Positions 1 to 8,319 of a DNA stretch of 20,000 bases are shown piece by piece. The position numbers and the translations under genes were made by a program. Each line of letters begins with the position of its first letter. Within the stretch, counting starts at the first letter, position 1. This stretch comes from an uncultured virus (IMG/VR IMGVR_UViG_3300022555_000013) (Duplodnaviria; Heunggongvirae; Uroviricota; Caudoviricetes): IMG/VR virus record IMGVR_UViG_3300022555_000013, one strand, 5' to 3'. The notes under the pieces were generated by a model. That model was not told the DNA's origin. It made no database searches and worked only from the letters and a program-made list of their open reading frames with translations.

Positions 1-402
1 TGTATCCTTTGCCCAAGCTTTAGCTTTTCCAAATTTGTCTCTTGCCCAACCAGCAGCCTTATTGTAAGTATCAGTAGCATCACTCTTAGCTTGTCTGAAA
101 TCACTTGCGATTCCACCACCAATAGCACTTCCTACTTGTCTTGCAGTATTTGCAGCCTGTCCAACAGATTGCCCAGCTTGTCCAGCTTTTTGACCCCACC
201 CAGCAACTTTATCTTTTAATCCACTTAGCCAGCCAGCTTCAAACAATTCGGCTTCTTCTTCACCATAACTTTCAGTGATCAATAGGTACGATTCGTTAAC
301 TTTTTGCATGATAATATCAAGTTGTTCAAAAGCGAATCTAATATCTTGGATTTCTTTTGCTTCGTGTAAAGCGAATTTTTGGATGTCTTGGACGTGTCTC
401 AT
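1..402 (-). CDS. N-terminal part of a Gly/Ala/Gln-rich hypothetical protein (runs off window), possibly virion-associated
   Basis: Manual translation from ATG at 402: MRHVQDIQKFALHEAKEIQDIRFAFEQ...GWGQKAGQAGQSVGQAANTARQVGSAIGGG..., open to base 1; preceded by a TATATA-type motif. Confidence 0.8.
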   Translation of the reverse strand, partial: MRHVQDIQKFALHEAKEIQDIRFAFEQLDIIMQKVNESYLLITESYGEEEAELFEAGWLSGLKDKVAGWGQKAGQAGQSVGQAANTARQVGSAIGGGIASDFRQAKSDATDTYNKAAGWARDKFGKAKAWAKDT

Positions 403-474
403 ATTATAACAATTATTTTCTTTATATATTTAATTTAAAAACTCATTTTTTTACGTCAACTTTTCTATATATTT

Positions 475-1437
475 TTGATAAATGAAATTATGGAAGATAT
501 AAAAATTGTGCTTGGTTGTCAAGGAATGGGTGATATTTTATGCTCAATTCCAGCAATTAAGTATATGAGCCGAATTTACAATCAAAAAATAAAAGTTTTT
601 ACCTACAATGCGGAAATACTCAAAAACTTTCCATTTATAGAATTAATTGATTATATACCAAATGATGCATATCACACATTTGATATTCAAAAATATCTAC
701 ACCATAAAACTGATATCAGACAACTTCACGCAATTAGCTTAGGGTTTCAATTATCTCCGAATGAAATGCAAATTGAATTTTATCCAGATAAATACACAGA
801 AATTGAATATTTACCAAAAGAATATATTGTAATTCACCCAGTAAAAACATGGGCATCCAGAACATGGGAACGTGAAAGATGGCAGGACCTTGCGGATAAA
901 TTATCAGATATAATTCCAGTTATTGCAATTGGAAAAGATTCAAGTGAGATTGGAAATTATAATACAGAAAAACCATCATATAAAATCAACATTAAAAATG
1001 GAATAGATTTAACCAATAAAACGAATATCCATCAAACTTGGCATATTCTAAATAACGCTATTTTAACCGTTACAATGGACTCTGGAATATTACATTTAGC
1101 TGGTACCACTGACACATATATCGTTCAGCCAGCGTCATCTATTGATCATTTTTACAGGGCTCCATACCGTTATGGTTCACAGAATTATAAGTATTCTTAT
1201 GTTTACGGTGAATGCAAACTATTTTGCGCCAGTGATTTGAAATATAATATAATACATCATGGTACACACAAAATACTTCCACCGATTCCTTTCTGTCTGG
1301 AGAGATTAGAAACAATAGGAACAAAAGATGAACCAAACCAGAACATATATAAATGCCACCCAACCGTTGATTCTGTGTACAATGAAATTATTTCACATAT
1401 ACCAAGAAAAAAAGATAATGGATATTTTTTTATTTGA
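475..1437 (+). CDS. Glycosyltransferase family 9 (ADP-heptose:LPS heptosyltransferase-like)
   Basis: GMGDILCSIPAIK, IVIHP...W...RWQDL and TMDSGILHLAG motifs typical of GT9; real start may be ATG at 490. Confidence 0.8.
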   Translation: MINEIMEDIKIVLGCQGMGDILCSIPAIKYMSRIYNQKIKVFTYNAEILKNFPFIELIDYIPNDAYHTFDIQKYLHHKTDIRQLHAISLGFQLSPNEMQIEFYPDKYTEIEYLPKEYIVIHPVKTWASRTWERERWQDLADKLSDIIPVIAIGKDSSEIGNYNTEKPSYKINIKNGIDLTNKTNIHQTWHILNNAILTVTMDSGILHLAGTTDTYIVQPASSIDHFYRAPYRYGSQNYKYSYVYGECKLFCASDLKYNIIHHGTHKILPPIPFCLERLETIGTKDEPNQNIYKCHPTVDSVYNEIISHIPRKKDNGYFFI

Positions 1438-1448
1438 ATCTTTATTTA

Positions 1449-1456
1449 TATCTTTG
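1449..1456 (+). promoter_or_regulatory. Bacteroidota-type -7 promoter element (TATCTTTG)
   Basis: Matches TAnnTTTG, intergenic, ~20 nt before the 1476 start and the long + strand gene run. Confidence 0.6.
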
Positions 1457-1475
1457 CTTTAAATAATAGCCAAAT

Positions 1476-1670
1476 ATGCCAAAACTAAAATCTAAATTAA
1501 AAGCGGAACCGTTTAACAGCCACTGTTTAGGAAGAGGGTGTAGTGATGATGGAATGGAAGCGTTAAGGTTAGTTAATGAGCTAACAAAACAATATGACGA
1601 TCTTGTTAAAAAGCATAACGCTGTTGTTGATGAACTACTTAGTATCAAAACTAATTACTGCCGAAAATAG
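1476..1670 (+). CDS. Hypothetical protein (coiled-coil C-terminus)
   Basis: 64-aa ORF directly after promoter. Confidence 0.6.
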   Translation: MPKLKSKLKAEPFNSHCLGRGCSDDGMEALRLVNELTKQYDDLVKKHNAVVDELLSIKTNYCRK

Positions 1671-1705
1671 GTTAAAATTCAATAAATCACTTAAAATAAA
1701 ATATT

Positions 1706-2752
1706 ATGAAACTTTCATTTGACGAGCTCCAGATTGGACAGAAACTTCGCACCCAATATAAAGAAAAGGAAAACAATTCTCTGATGGGATATGGCGACCA
1801 TTGCCTTACAATTAATTGGGAATGGAACGTCCCAGCAGATATAATCCTAACCGTTGTTGCAAAAAGTAAATCTGGAAAAATCGTAACTGTTGAATATCCT
1901 GAAATTCCTGAAATCATTAGCAACAGGGACCCAAACAAAAAAACACGAATTAAAGCTGGGTTAAAGGTTAGAATGTACATCAGTGAATTGAGAATGTTCA
2001 CAACTGAAGAAGGTGATATCATTCCAATGGATCACGAACAAAAGCAGTATAAAATTTTCTTCAACGGCATGCCATACAAACCAAAATACTTTGCCGATAT
2101 GGGTAAAATTAAGTCTTCACTACTTGTTGCCTTTGGTTATTTCGATCACCAATATGAAGAATATCAGAAATATTGGCAACGCAATCCAGAATTGGAAAGT
2201 TCTATGGCACCTGAATGGGTGGGCAGTTCCAATCTGCTCTCAAGGAAAGACTGCAAAAACGTTCAGATAATGGAATTTATCAACAAAGACAGGAAAAATC
2301 CAAAGGTTGTAGATTTTGATGTTCAGAAATACTACGACAGCTCCATGCGCCTGATCAATGTAACTGTTCAGTTCGGTGCCGCTGCAAGGGAGTTATACAA
2401 AAAAACCATGGAAACTAAGGAGTATTCATATATGCTTGTCTATATCCCTGAAGAATATCGGATTGTCATTCCGCAGCGTTATCACTACAGTATTGATTAT
2501 GAAAAACTTAAGGAGTCCGACAGAATCAAAGAAATCATGAAAGATTCTGGCGTAAAAGACCTTAAAAAATGTACCAAGCATGGCAAAACTGCGATTGTTT
2601 TCAAAACATTAGAGGATATGAAAAAGGTAATGTTAAGGCTTGAACCAAAAGAATACTTCATCATGGACTGTGATGGTGATCAGTTAATGGAAAAGAATAC
2701 CCGTTTCATTAAGCTGATTATGATTCAGGAAGCTGCTGATAAAGAAAATTAA
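1706..2752 (+). CDS. Hypothetical protein
   Basis: 348-aa ORF, A-rich start context, operon-like spacing. Confidence 0.85.
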   Translation: MKLSFDELQIGQKLRTQYKEKENNSLMGYGDHCLTINWEWNVPADIILTVVAKSKSGKIVTVEYPEIPEIISNRDPNKKTRIKAGLKVRMYISELRMFTTEEGDIIPMDHEQKQYKIFFNGMPYKPKYFADMGKIKSSLLVAFGYFDHQYEEYQKYWQRNPELESSMAPEWVGSSNLLSRKDCKNVQIMEFINKDRKNPKVVDFDVQKYYDSSMRLINVTVQFGAAARELYKKTMETKEYSYMLVYIPEEYRIVIPQRYHYSIDYEKLKESDRIKEIMKDSGVKDLKKCTKHGKTAIVFKTLEDMKKVMLRLEPKEYFIMDCDGDQLMEKNTRFIKLIMIQEAADKEN

Positions 2753-2754
2753 CT

Positions 2755-3189
2755 TTGCGTAATTTAATACCACCGCAATATGAATATATGAAAACAAGGT
2801 TCCAATACCCTCAATTTGTGTCCGAAAAACCAAAAAATTTCTCAAGAAAAGGATTCATTTGTACTTGTATGGTACCCGTTTTCAGATGGGACGATACCAG
2901 AAAGGTCTTGGAGTTTGTTAAATGCACATATAAAATAAAACCTACGTTTGGATCAAAATATAAAGAACGTGGAAAAATAACTTCGGTTTGGGGTGAATAT
3001 GAATCATTGATATCTGTGCCAGAATATATCCCAGATGATTGCGAAATAAGTACTGGTCATTTTTTAAGGGATGGTGGTAAAATGCCACTCGTAACATGCA
3101 TCACAATCAAAGATATGGATTCATATAATCGTGAAAAATTGAAGCTCCAGCGAAAAGCCAAAATAAAAAAAATTAAAGACAATGAGTGA
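2755..3189 (+). CDS. Hypothetical protein with basic C-terminal RxxKIKKI tail
   Basis: 144-aa ORF, overlaps next start; start uncertain (TTG 2755 or downstream ATG). Confidence 0.75.
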   Translation: MRNLIPPQYEYMKTRFQYPQFVSEKPKNFSRKGFICTCMVPVFRWDDTRKVLEFVKCTYKIKPTFGSKYKERGKITSVWGEYESLISVPEYIPDDCEISTGHFLRDGGKMPLVTCITIKDMDSYNREKLKLQRKAKIKKIKDNE

Positions 3190-3514
3190 AAAAAAAGAAT
3201 TTAAAGATTTTGTCACTTTTGAAATGACGGGGTCACCAGCACAAGTCTCAAAATGGCCCTACAAAGACGATTTTGTTGCCGACATGATAAAATGGGGATT
3301 CACCCATACAACACTTACCCATAAAACCGATCTGCTGGTTGCAGAAAGAGATGATATAGGTACTGGCAAATTTTTGAAAGCTAAGAAATACGGTACCCCA
3401 ATTTACACCTACAGGCAAATTTGGGAGCAAAAAGAAAAGCTATATCAACGAATTCTTCGGGATAAAAAGCTTAATATATTGAAAAAGAAAATCTTAAGTG
3501 GAGAAAACGACTAA
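3182..3514 (+). CDS. Stand-alone BRCT-domain protein (resembles NAD-dependent DNA ligase C-terminal BRCT)
   Basis: FEMTGS...KDDFVADMIKWG...TLTHKTDLLVA...GTGKFLKAKKYGTPI matches the BRCT pattern (F-x-x-TG; KTDxLV; K-x-x-KA-x-x-x-G-x-x-I). Confidence 0.75.
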   Translation: MSEKKEFKDFVTFEMTGSPAQVSKWPYKDDFVADMIKWGFTHTTLTHKTDLLVAERDDIGTGKFLKAKKYGTPIYTYRQIWEQKEKLYQRILRDKKLNILKKKILSGEND

Positions 3515-3744
3515 TGAAAGAAAAGATTATTGAAATACTTGGTAAAAATCACACAACACCAATTCAGTTTAATGCTGTGAAAAATTATACTGAAGTGTAT
3601 GGACTTTATACATATAGAAATGGTGTTTATGTATTCAAAGAAGGGATGGATATAGACTTTGCTGATTTAACACCAAAGGAGCAAACAAAAGTTTTTGAAA
3701 TGGTAGAATCAAAAAAGTGGGTACTAAACAAATCTTTACAGTAA
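3514..3744 (+). CDS. Hypothetical protein
   Basis: 76-aa ORF, TAATG stop/start overlap. Confidence 0.75.
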   Translation: MKEKIIEILGKNHTTPIQFNAVKNYTEVYGLYTYRNGVYVFKEGMDIDFADLTPKEQTKVFEMVESKKWVLNKSLQ

Positions 3745-3745
3745 T

Positions 3746-4132
3746 ATGATATTAGATTTTAATAAAACTAAAACACTCAGAACCAGTGCTGAACATAGCA
3801 GTATCTATATGTCAGATTCTGGGATCGCTGGGACATACGTTCCAAATATGAGTAAATCTGACATGGAAAAGTGGAAAGCCAAGCATATCAAGGGTGATAA
3901 CGAAAGAATCGAAATCAGAAAAACCCTTGGTGGTACACAATTACTAATTATTGTACGAAAAAATGCCCCAATGAAATACCCAAAATCCCATGATAGGGAA
4001 ACATGGAAACAGTATAATGATCAAAAGGGTAGTATTAAAATGTCAATGAATGGTTCTCTTTGGATGACATTCGAAGAACAAAACGAACTAATTAACGCAA
4101 TAGAAGAAGCAAAAACAATCTTAGGTATATGA
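3746..4132 (+). CDS. Hypothetical protein
   Basis: 128-aa ORF in tight operon. Confidence 0.8.
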   Translation: MILDFNKTKTLRTSAEHSSIYMSDSGIAGTYVPNMSKSDMEKWKAKHIKGDNERIEIRKTLGGTQLLIIVRKNAPMKYPKSHDRETWKQYNDQKGSIKMSMNGSLWMTFEEQNELINAIEEAKTILGI

Positions 4133-4524
4133 AAAACGCCACAACTATCAACCCAACCGATAAACTGATGCTGGCTCTGAAAATGAACCAAGAAAAAAAT
4201 GAAATCAGTTTATGCCTTTACAACCAACGCTCCGAAGAACTTGAAGAATTATCATTGTCTAAGGATGCTCAACAACAGCTTCAATTCACGTTAAGCCACA
4301 TTCCAGATGGCGGTCCTGCCGATCCTGAGTTTATTATAACACTGCTTGAAGGTAAAGAACTTTTCAAACTTTACCCATATCTTGGTGACGCTGAAAGAAA
4401 ACAACTTTACAAAAAAGTTTGCGAATTTATTGACTTGAACAAAATTCTGGACAATTTCAGTAATATGACTTGGAAAGAAAAAACTCTTCTGAACGATTAT
4501 TCACATTGGAATAACTGGGAATAA
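4129..4524 (+). CDS. Hypothetical protein
   Basis: 131-aa ORF, ATGA overlap. Confidence 0.8.
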   Translation: MKNATTINPTDKLMLALKMNQEKNEISLCLYNQRSEELEELSLSKDAQQQLQFTLSHIPDGGPADPEFIITLLEGKELFKLYPYLGDAERKQLYKKVCEFIDLNKILDNFSNMTWKEKTLLNDYSHWNNWE

Positions 4525-4525
4525 T

Positions 4526-4813
4526 ATGTGGCGTGATCCAGAAGCAGTACGTAAGGAATTAGAAGAGCATCTTAGACTTCGTGAGATCGAATTGAATAAA
4601 AAATGCAATTTCGAAACTGATATTGAAGAATTGATCAGTAGAATTCGTGTTCTTAAAATAGCTTTAAGTAAAAAGGCTACAATAAGAATAAAAAAGATTG
4701 ATGGTAATATTATTGCCGAAGACGTTTCGACTGAAAAAAATTCGGTCAATTATTTAAAAGAAAGAATAAAAATGTTCCAAGAACTATTAAATAAAGTTTA
4801 TTCAGAAGATTAA
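4526..4813 (+). CDS. Hypothetical protein (coiled-coil)
   Basis: 95-aa ORF in tight operon. Confidence 0.75.
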   Translation: MWRDPEAVRKELEEHLRLREIELNKKCNFETDIEELISRIRVLKIALSKKATIRIKKIDGNIIAEDVSTEKNSVNYLKERIKMFQELLNKVYSED

Positions 4814-4814
4814 T

Positions 4815-5531
4815 ATGAAATATCTAATTGGCATACAACCCACAGGAAAACTGCATATTGGAAACTATTTGGGTTGTATCTCAAAGGGGTTAAGATTGCA
4901 AAATGAAGGTCATGATGTGACATTCCTGATAGCAAATTATCACAGCCTTACCACAAATTCATTTTCACCAATAACAGAATTGGAATTAATAAAGCTTGGT
5001 TGTAAAAACATAATTCACCAAACTCCAGATTATACAGAGCTTTTCTTTAAATTGTGCTGCAAAATGAATCTTGGAATTCTTCAAAAAATGCCACAATATA
5101 AGACTAAAAAAGGTGAATATGACCTTGGAATCCTTCTATACCCAGTATTAATGGCTGCCGATATCATAATCAATAATCCAGACTTCATTATCGTTGGACG
5201 GGATCAGGTTCCACATATTGAGCTCACCAATGACATCGCTAAAAGAGTTGGAGTAAAAAAACATTTTAATTATGAATTTGGAGACGTTGATAAAATAATG
5301 TCACTGGCTGATCCATCAGTTAAAATGTCGAAATCTCTTGGAGAACGACATGTACTATATTTATTTGATGAAGATTTTCACAAAAAACTACGAAAAGCCG
5401 ATTCAACACCCGCTGGGATTGACAATCTTCGTAAAATAGGATCAATATTCGGTGTTGAAGAAACCGAAAGTAATTCTGATTATAAAAATAATTTGGCGAT
5501 TAAATTAACTAATTTCTTCCAAGGTGTTTAA
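4815..5531 (+). CDS. trpS: Tryptophanyl-tRNA synthetase, compact form
   Basis: GIQPTGKLHIGNY (HIGH), YPVLMAADI, VGRDQVPHIELT and KMSKS class I motifs characteristic of TrpRS; 238 aa. Confidence 0.92.
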   Translation: MKYLIGIQPTGKLHIGNYLGCISKGLRLQNEGHDVTFLIANYHSLTTNSFSPITELELIKLGCKNIIHQTPDYTELFFKLCCKMNLGILQKMPQYKTKKGEYDLGILLYPVLMAADIIINNPDFIIVGRDQVPHIELTNDIAKRVGVKKHFNYEFGDVDKIMSLADPSVKMSKSLGERHVLYLFDEDFHKKLRKADSTPAGIDNLRKIGSIFGVEETESNSDYKNNLAIKLTNFFQGV

Positions 5532-6078
5532 ATTTTTAAATAAAATAACAACCCATGGTCAGCAAAAACGAATATTAAAAGCTGCCTTGATCGGATTTCT
5601 TGCTGGTAATTTTATTATAGAAGCCCTAAAAATATGGTTAATTACTAAATACACTTGGAATAATTTTTTCGTCCATTCATTTATAACATTAAGTTTAGAC
5701 TACATATTAATACTCCCAGTTCTTATAAATATTGTCATAACTAAAAATAAATATGCCAATTTAATTAGTAAGATAAATAAGATGTATGATGAAGCTAAAG
5801 GAACATACCATAATGATGTTGGCTACGTATACCCAGATCAAAAAGATATAAAACCAATTGAAATAAGATCATTGTACGATTTCTCAGCATATTTAATACA
5901 AATTAAAAAGGGGGATTTATTTTATTGCTTTAAAGGTCCTGTTGATATCGTTGTAATAAGTGCATCTGGCGGTAATAATACAATATCCTATTATATCGAA
6001 GAATATATCAACAAATTCGAAATAACTGATTCATTAAAAGAAACCAGACTCAAAAAATTAAAGAAACTTAATAAATGA
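5524..6078 (+). CDS. Hypothetical membrane protein with RxxKLKKL tail
   Basis: Two hydrophobic segments; ends ETRLKKLKKLNK. Confidence 0.75.
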   Translation: MFKFLNKITTHGQQKRILKAALIGFLAGNFIIEALKIWLITKYTWNNFFVHSFITLSLDYILILPVLINIVITKNKYANLISKINKMYDEAKGTYHNDVGYVYPDQKDIKPIEIRSLYDFSAYLIQIKKGDLFYCFKGPVDIVVISASGGNNTISYYIEEYINKFEITDSLKETRLKKLKKLNK

Positions 6079-6431
6079 ACTCATTTCTAAAATTTAAAGA
6101 ATTTATTATTAAGGAAATTGAAGATGCTGGTGTAAGTGCTCCAGTAACTGAATTTACACTTACATCAGATATTAATCTTGATTCTCTGGATTGGATAAAC
6201 ATCCTAATGAATATTGAATTAAACTATGGTATAGCAATACCAGACGATATAGCCGAAGATATACTTGCCAAATCAAGTAGAATACTTGATGGTATGTATC
6301 TATTAGGTCAAAAATTCCCAAATGAAATACCAACAATAGCAATGGAAAGAAAAGAAAAATTAAAAAAAAATTCAAAAAAAATGAAATTTAATTTTTTTTA
6401 TATTAAAAAAGGTTTTACATTTGCAGAGTGA
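6075..6431 (+). CDS. acpP: Acyl carrier protein-like (phosphopantetheine site); true stop may be 6384
   Basis: DINLDSLDWINILMNIELNYGIAIPD matches the ACP DSL motif; removing one A from the A9 run gives ERKEKLKKIQKK-stop at 6382-6384. Confidence 0.8.
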   Translation: MNSFLKFKEFIIKEIEDAGVSAPVTEFTLTSDINLDSLDWINILMNIELNYGIAIPDDIAEDILAKSSRILDGMYLLGQKFPNEIPTIAMERKEKLKKNSKKMKFNFFYIKKGFTFAE

Positions 6432-6453
6432 ATTTGATAAACGTTCATTGAAA
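6405..6453 (+). promoter_or_regulatory. Promoter copy 1 (TACATTTG -7 element) plus boxA-like GTTCATTGAAA
   Basis: 28-nt AAAAAAGGTTTTACATTTGCAGAGTGAA at 6405-6432 is identical to 6593-6620; boxA-like at 6443-6453. Confidence 0.75.
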
Positions 6454-6454
6454 T

Positions 6455-6550
6455 GGCGGGGAATGCGGAAGGATTAGCAGAGATGTGACAAATAGCGGTA
6501 ACGCTGCAACTAAACTGATCGCTTCGGAGGTTCGAATCCTTCCCTCGCCA
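6455..6550 (+). ncRNA. tRNA-like RNA with acceptor stem and T arm but no recognisable anticodon arm
   Basis: GGCGGGG/CCTCGCC-A acceptor; GGAGG-TTCGAAT-CCTTC T arm; internal GATTAG/CTGATC helix and TAGCG-GTAA-CGCTG hairpin. Confidence 0.65.
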
Positions 6551-6592
6551 CAAAAAATTAAAAAAAACTTTGCTCAAAATTTTTTTTATAAC

Positions 6593-6642
6593 AAAAAAGG
6601 TTTTACATTTGCAGAGTGAAATTAAAGATACGTTCTTTGAAA
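6593..6642 (+). promoter_or_regulatory. Promoter copy 2 (TACATTTG) plus boxA-like GTTCTTTGAAA
   Basis: Exact 28-nt repeat of 6405-6432; boxA-like at 6632-6642 immediately before the GC-rich RNA. Confidence 0.75.
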
Positions 6643-6650
6643 CTTTGAAA

Positions 6651-7665
6651 ATACATGACGGCTCTTATCCTTTGATCGTAGCCACAGCCTCACCCGCCTA
6701 ATTAGCGGGGAAACGAATGTGAATCGGTGAAAACTGGTTCGGGAAAGAGTTCGGGGTGATATGGCAACTTATCATAGGTATGCCAAAAGCAAGAGCCGTC
6801 TCCCATTACAGGTTTGTAACACGGAAGCCTAACCAGCAGAAGGGTAAAGTAACCTGAGCGAAATTGATCGAAACTGGGCGGGTGGTACCGCAGAAGTCGT
6901 GATAAAGTACCTAAAAACATGACGAATGTGGTTCGGGGCGATCCCCACTGCGGCTCCTTCTGGGGCGGCATATGGTGCGGATACGCTCCCGACCCATCGT
7001 CCGAAACTGATGGGTTCGCAAGGGGGAGAGTTTGCCGCTGTCAAAATAGCGGGAACGCCCTTTGTCGCCCGTCACCAATCTACGGCAATACCGTGGGGGA
7101 GTTCTGATCCGACTTCGGTCGTGATCTTCGGGGCATATGAAATAAGATGCCACCGCCAGTTTTCCCCGCAGCCCGTAGTCGCCAGCGGATTTTATTCCGC
7201 TTTCAGGTGGGTCTGGGGAGCCGTCACGCACAGTCGTAAAACCTGTGCTGCCGACCCCCCGAATACCCGCCACAACCGAGAGATGGGGATGCCCTATAAA
7301 TTTAGGGCACTATATTACCCCGTCATGTATGTAGATGGTTTACCCAGTGGACTACCCGCAGGGGATCGACAAAAATGACCCGCATTCTTCGAGTATTTCC
7401 GACCCCATGGGATTCCGCCCCCGCACCAGCCAACCCGCTTGTTTTTGATATTTCCAAGTGGCATGGCATCCCCCGCAGTGGACAGTAGTCCAGCGGAGCA
7501 AGCATCGGGGCACCGACCCGCTGGGAGCCGTCAGGCAATCCGAAAGGGAGGGGTACATTTTTGAGGTTTGTACCCCTACTTTCGGTGCCAATCCAAGTCG
7601 GAATGCCGTCCGACAATTTTTAACCGATGGTGCGGGGGGTTGAGACACTCAATCCTCACGCCATC
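6651..7665 (+). ncRNA. Large (~1 kb) highly structured non-coding RNA, family unassigned
   Basis: Abrupt GC-rich island with no credible ORF; many GNRA/UUCG hairpins and perfect long-range helices (6657-6666/6791-6800; 6945-6953/7473-7481; 7285-7293/7465-7473; 7418-7428/7628-7638); own promoter and boxA; terminal hairpin followed by a T run. Confidence 0.8.
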
Positions 7666-7678
7666 AAATTTTTTTAAG

Positions 7679-7825
7679 ATGTGGACTCAAGACGAACAAG
7701 ATAAACAAGATCAAGAAAGACGAGACGAAATCGAAAAAGGTGGCTGGATCGCAGTAATTGCTGTTTTTACCATCGCTATAGTCATCTTTCTTGGAAAATG
7801 CGTTTGGTTTTTTTTCACAAAATAA
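7679..7825 (+). CDS. Small single-pass membrane protein
   Basis: MWTQDEQDKQDQERRDEIEKGGWIAVIAVFTIAIVIFLGKCVWFFFTK; ATG at 7679 preferred over the upstream start inside the ncRNA. Confidence 0.6.
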   Translation: MWTQDEQDKQDQERRDEIEKGGWIAVIAVFTIAIVIFLGKCVWFFFTK

Positions 7826-7835
7826 AAAAAATAAA

Positions 7836-7976
7836 ATGGGCGAAATTATATTTACAATTGTTAATAAAATTGATATTACAATATTTGTATTGTGCGTACT
7901 ACCAGTATTAGCAGTGAGTTTGCTAATTGTAAGTGTAATGAACACACCTAAAAACACAACTAAAATAAAAAAATAA
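7836..7976 (+). CDS. Small single-pass membrane protein
   Basis: MGEIIFTIVNKIDITIFVLCVLPVLAVSLLIVSVMNTPK..., A-rich start context. Confidence 0.55.
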   Translation: MGEIIFTIVNKIDITIFVLCVLPVLAVSLLIVSVMNTPKNTTKIKK

Positions 7977-8011
7977 TTGAAAATAATTGAAAATAATTTA
8001 AACTTTTTGAT

Positions 8012-8064
8012 TATATTTGCATAAATAGAAAAAACAGACCTTTTTTTATTAATATATAAAGGTC
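8012..8064 (+). promoter_or_regulatory. Promoter region of the tRNA array leader: TATATTTG plus AATATATA motif inside GACCTTT/AAAGGTC inverted repeat
   Basis: TAnnTTTG at 8012-8019; AATATATA at 8051-8058. Confidence 0.55.
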
Positions 8065-8171
8065 AAGAATTAAAAAAGGCTCGAAAGGGCATAGAGAAAT
8101 AGAAAGCCAAAAAAGCTAAAAATTAAGAAAAAGAAATCGGGGGTCGCAAAGCTCCCAAAACACGAAAAGTT

Positions 8172-8261
8172 ATGATGAGAATGAGTAAACATAGTAAGTC
8201 CTTTAAATTTTGGTCATCACATGATCAAGGTTCGGGTTTATTATGTCTTATTCTAAAATAA
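8172..8261 (+). CDS. Putative attenuator leader peptide MMRMSKHSKSFKFWSSHDQGSGLLCLILK
   Basis: 29-codon ORF containing the antiterminator strand GGTTCGGGTTT (8229-8239); codons 5-17 encode only S, K, H, F, W. Confidence 0.75.
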   Translation: MMRMSKHSKSFKFWSSHDQGSGLLCLILK

Positions 8262-8280
8262 CTAAAATTTTAGATTACCG

Positions 8281-8318
8281 CAAAAAACCCGAACCCAACA
8301 GTTCGGGTTTTTTGTTTT
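8281..8318 (+). terminator. Intrinsic terminator (attenuator) upstream of the tRNA array
   Basis: CAAAAAACCCGAAC (8281-8294) / GTTCGGGTTTTTTG (8301-8314) perfect 14-bp inverted repeat with U tract. Confidence 0.85.
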
Positions 8319-8319
8319 G

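Noticed and set aside
6702..7648. Eight overlapping ORFs on both strands in the GC-rich island
   Set aside because: Composition is unlike all other genes, there are no A-rich start contexts, and they overlap each other; expected stop-codon scarcity in a GC-rich structured RNA.
6651..7665. rRNA fragment, RNase P RNA, tmRNA or group I/II intron
   Set aside because: Could not find GAGGAAAGTCC, tRNA-like tmRNA ends, a group II domain V, group I P7 consensus in context, universal rRNA motifs or flanking exons. Rejected by eye only; cmscan needed.
7971..7999. AAATAATTGA short tandem repeat
   Set aside because: About three copies of low-complexity AT sequence; could be an operator but there is no supporting evidence.
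8068..8156. c-di-GMP-I riboswitch (GAAA hairpin and GTCGCAAAGC)
   Set aside because: Lacks the GGCAAA segment and P1/P2 geometry; only short hairpins in an A-rich leader.
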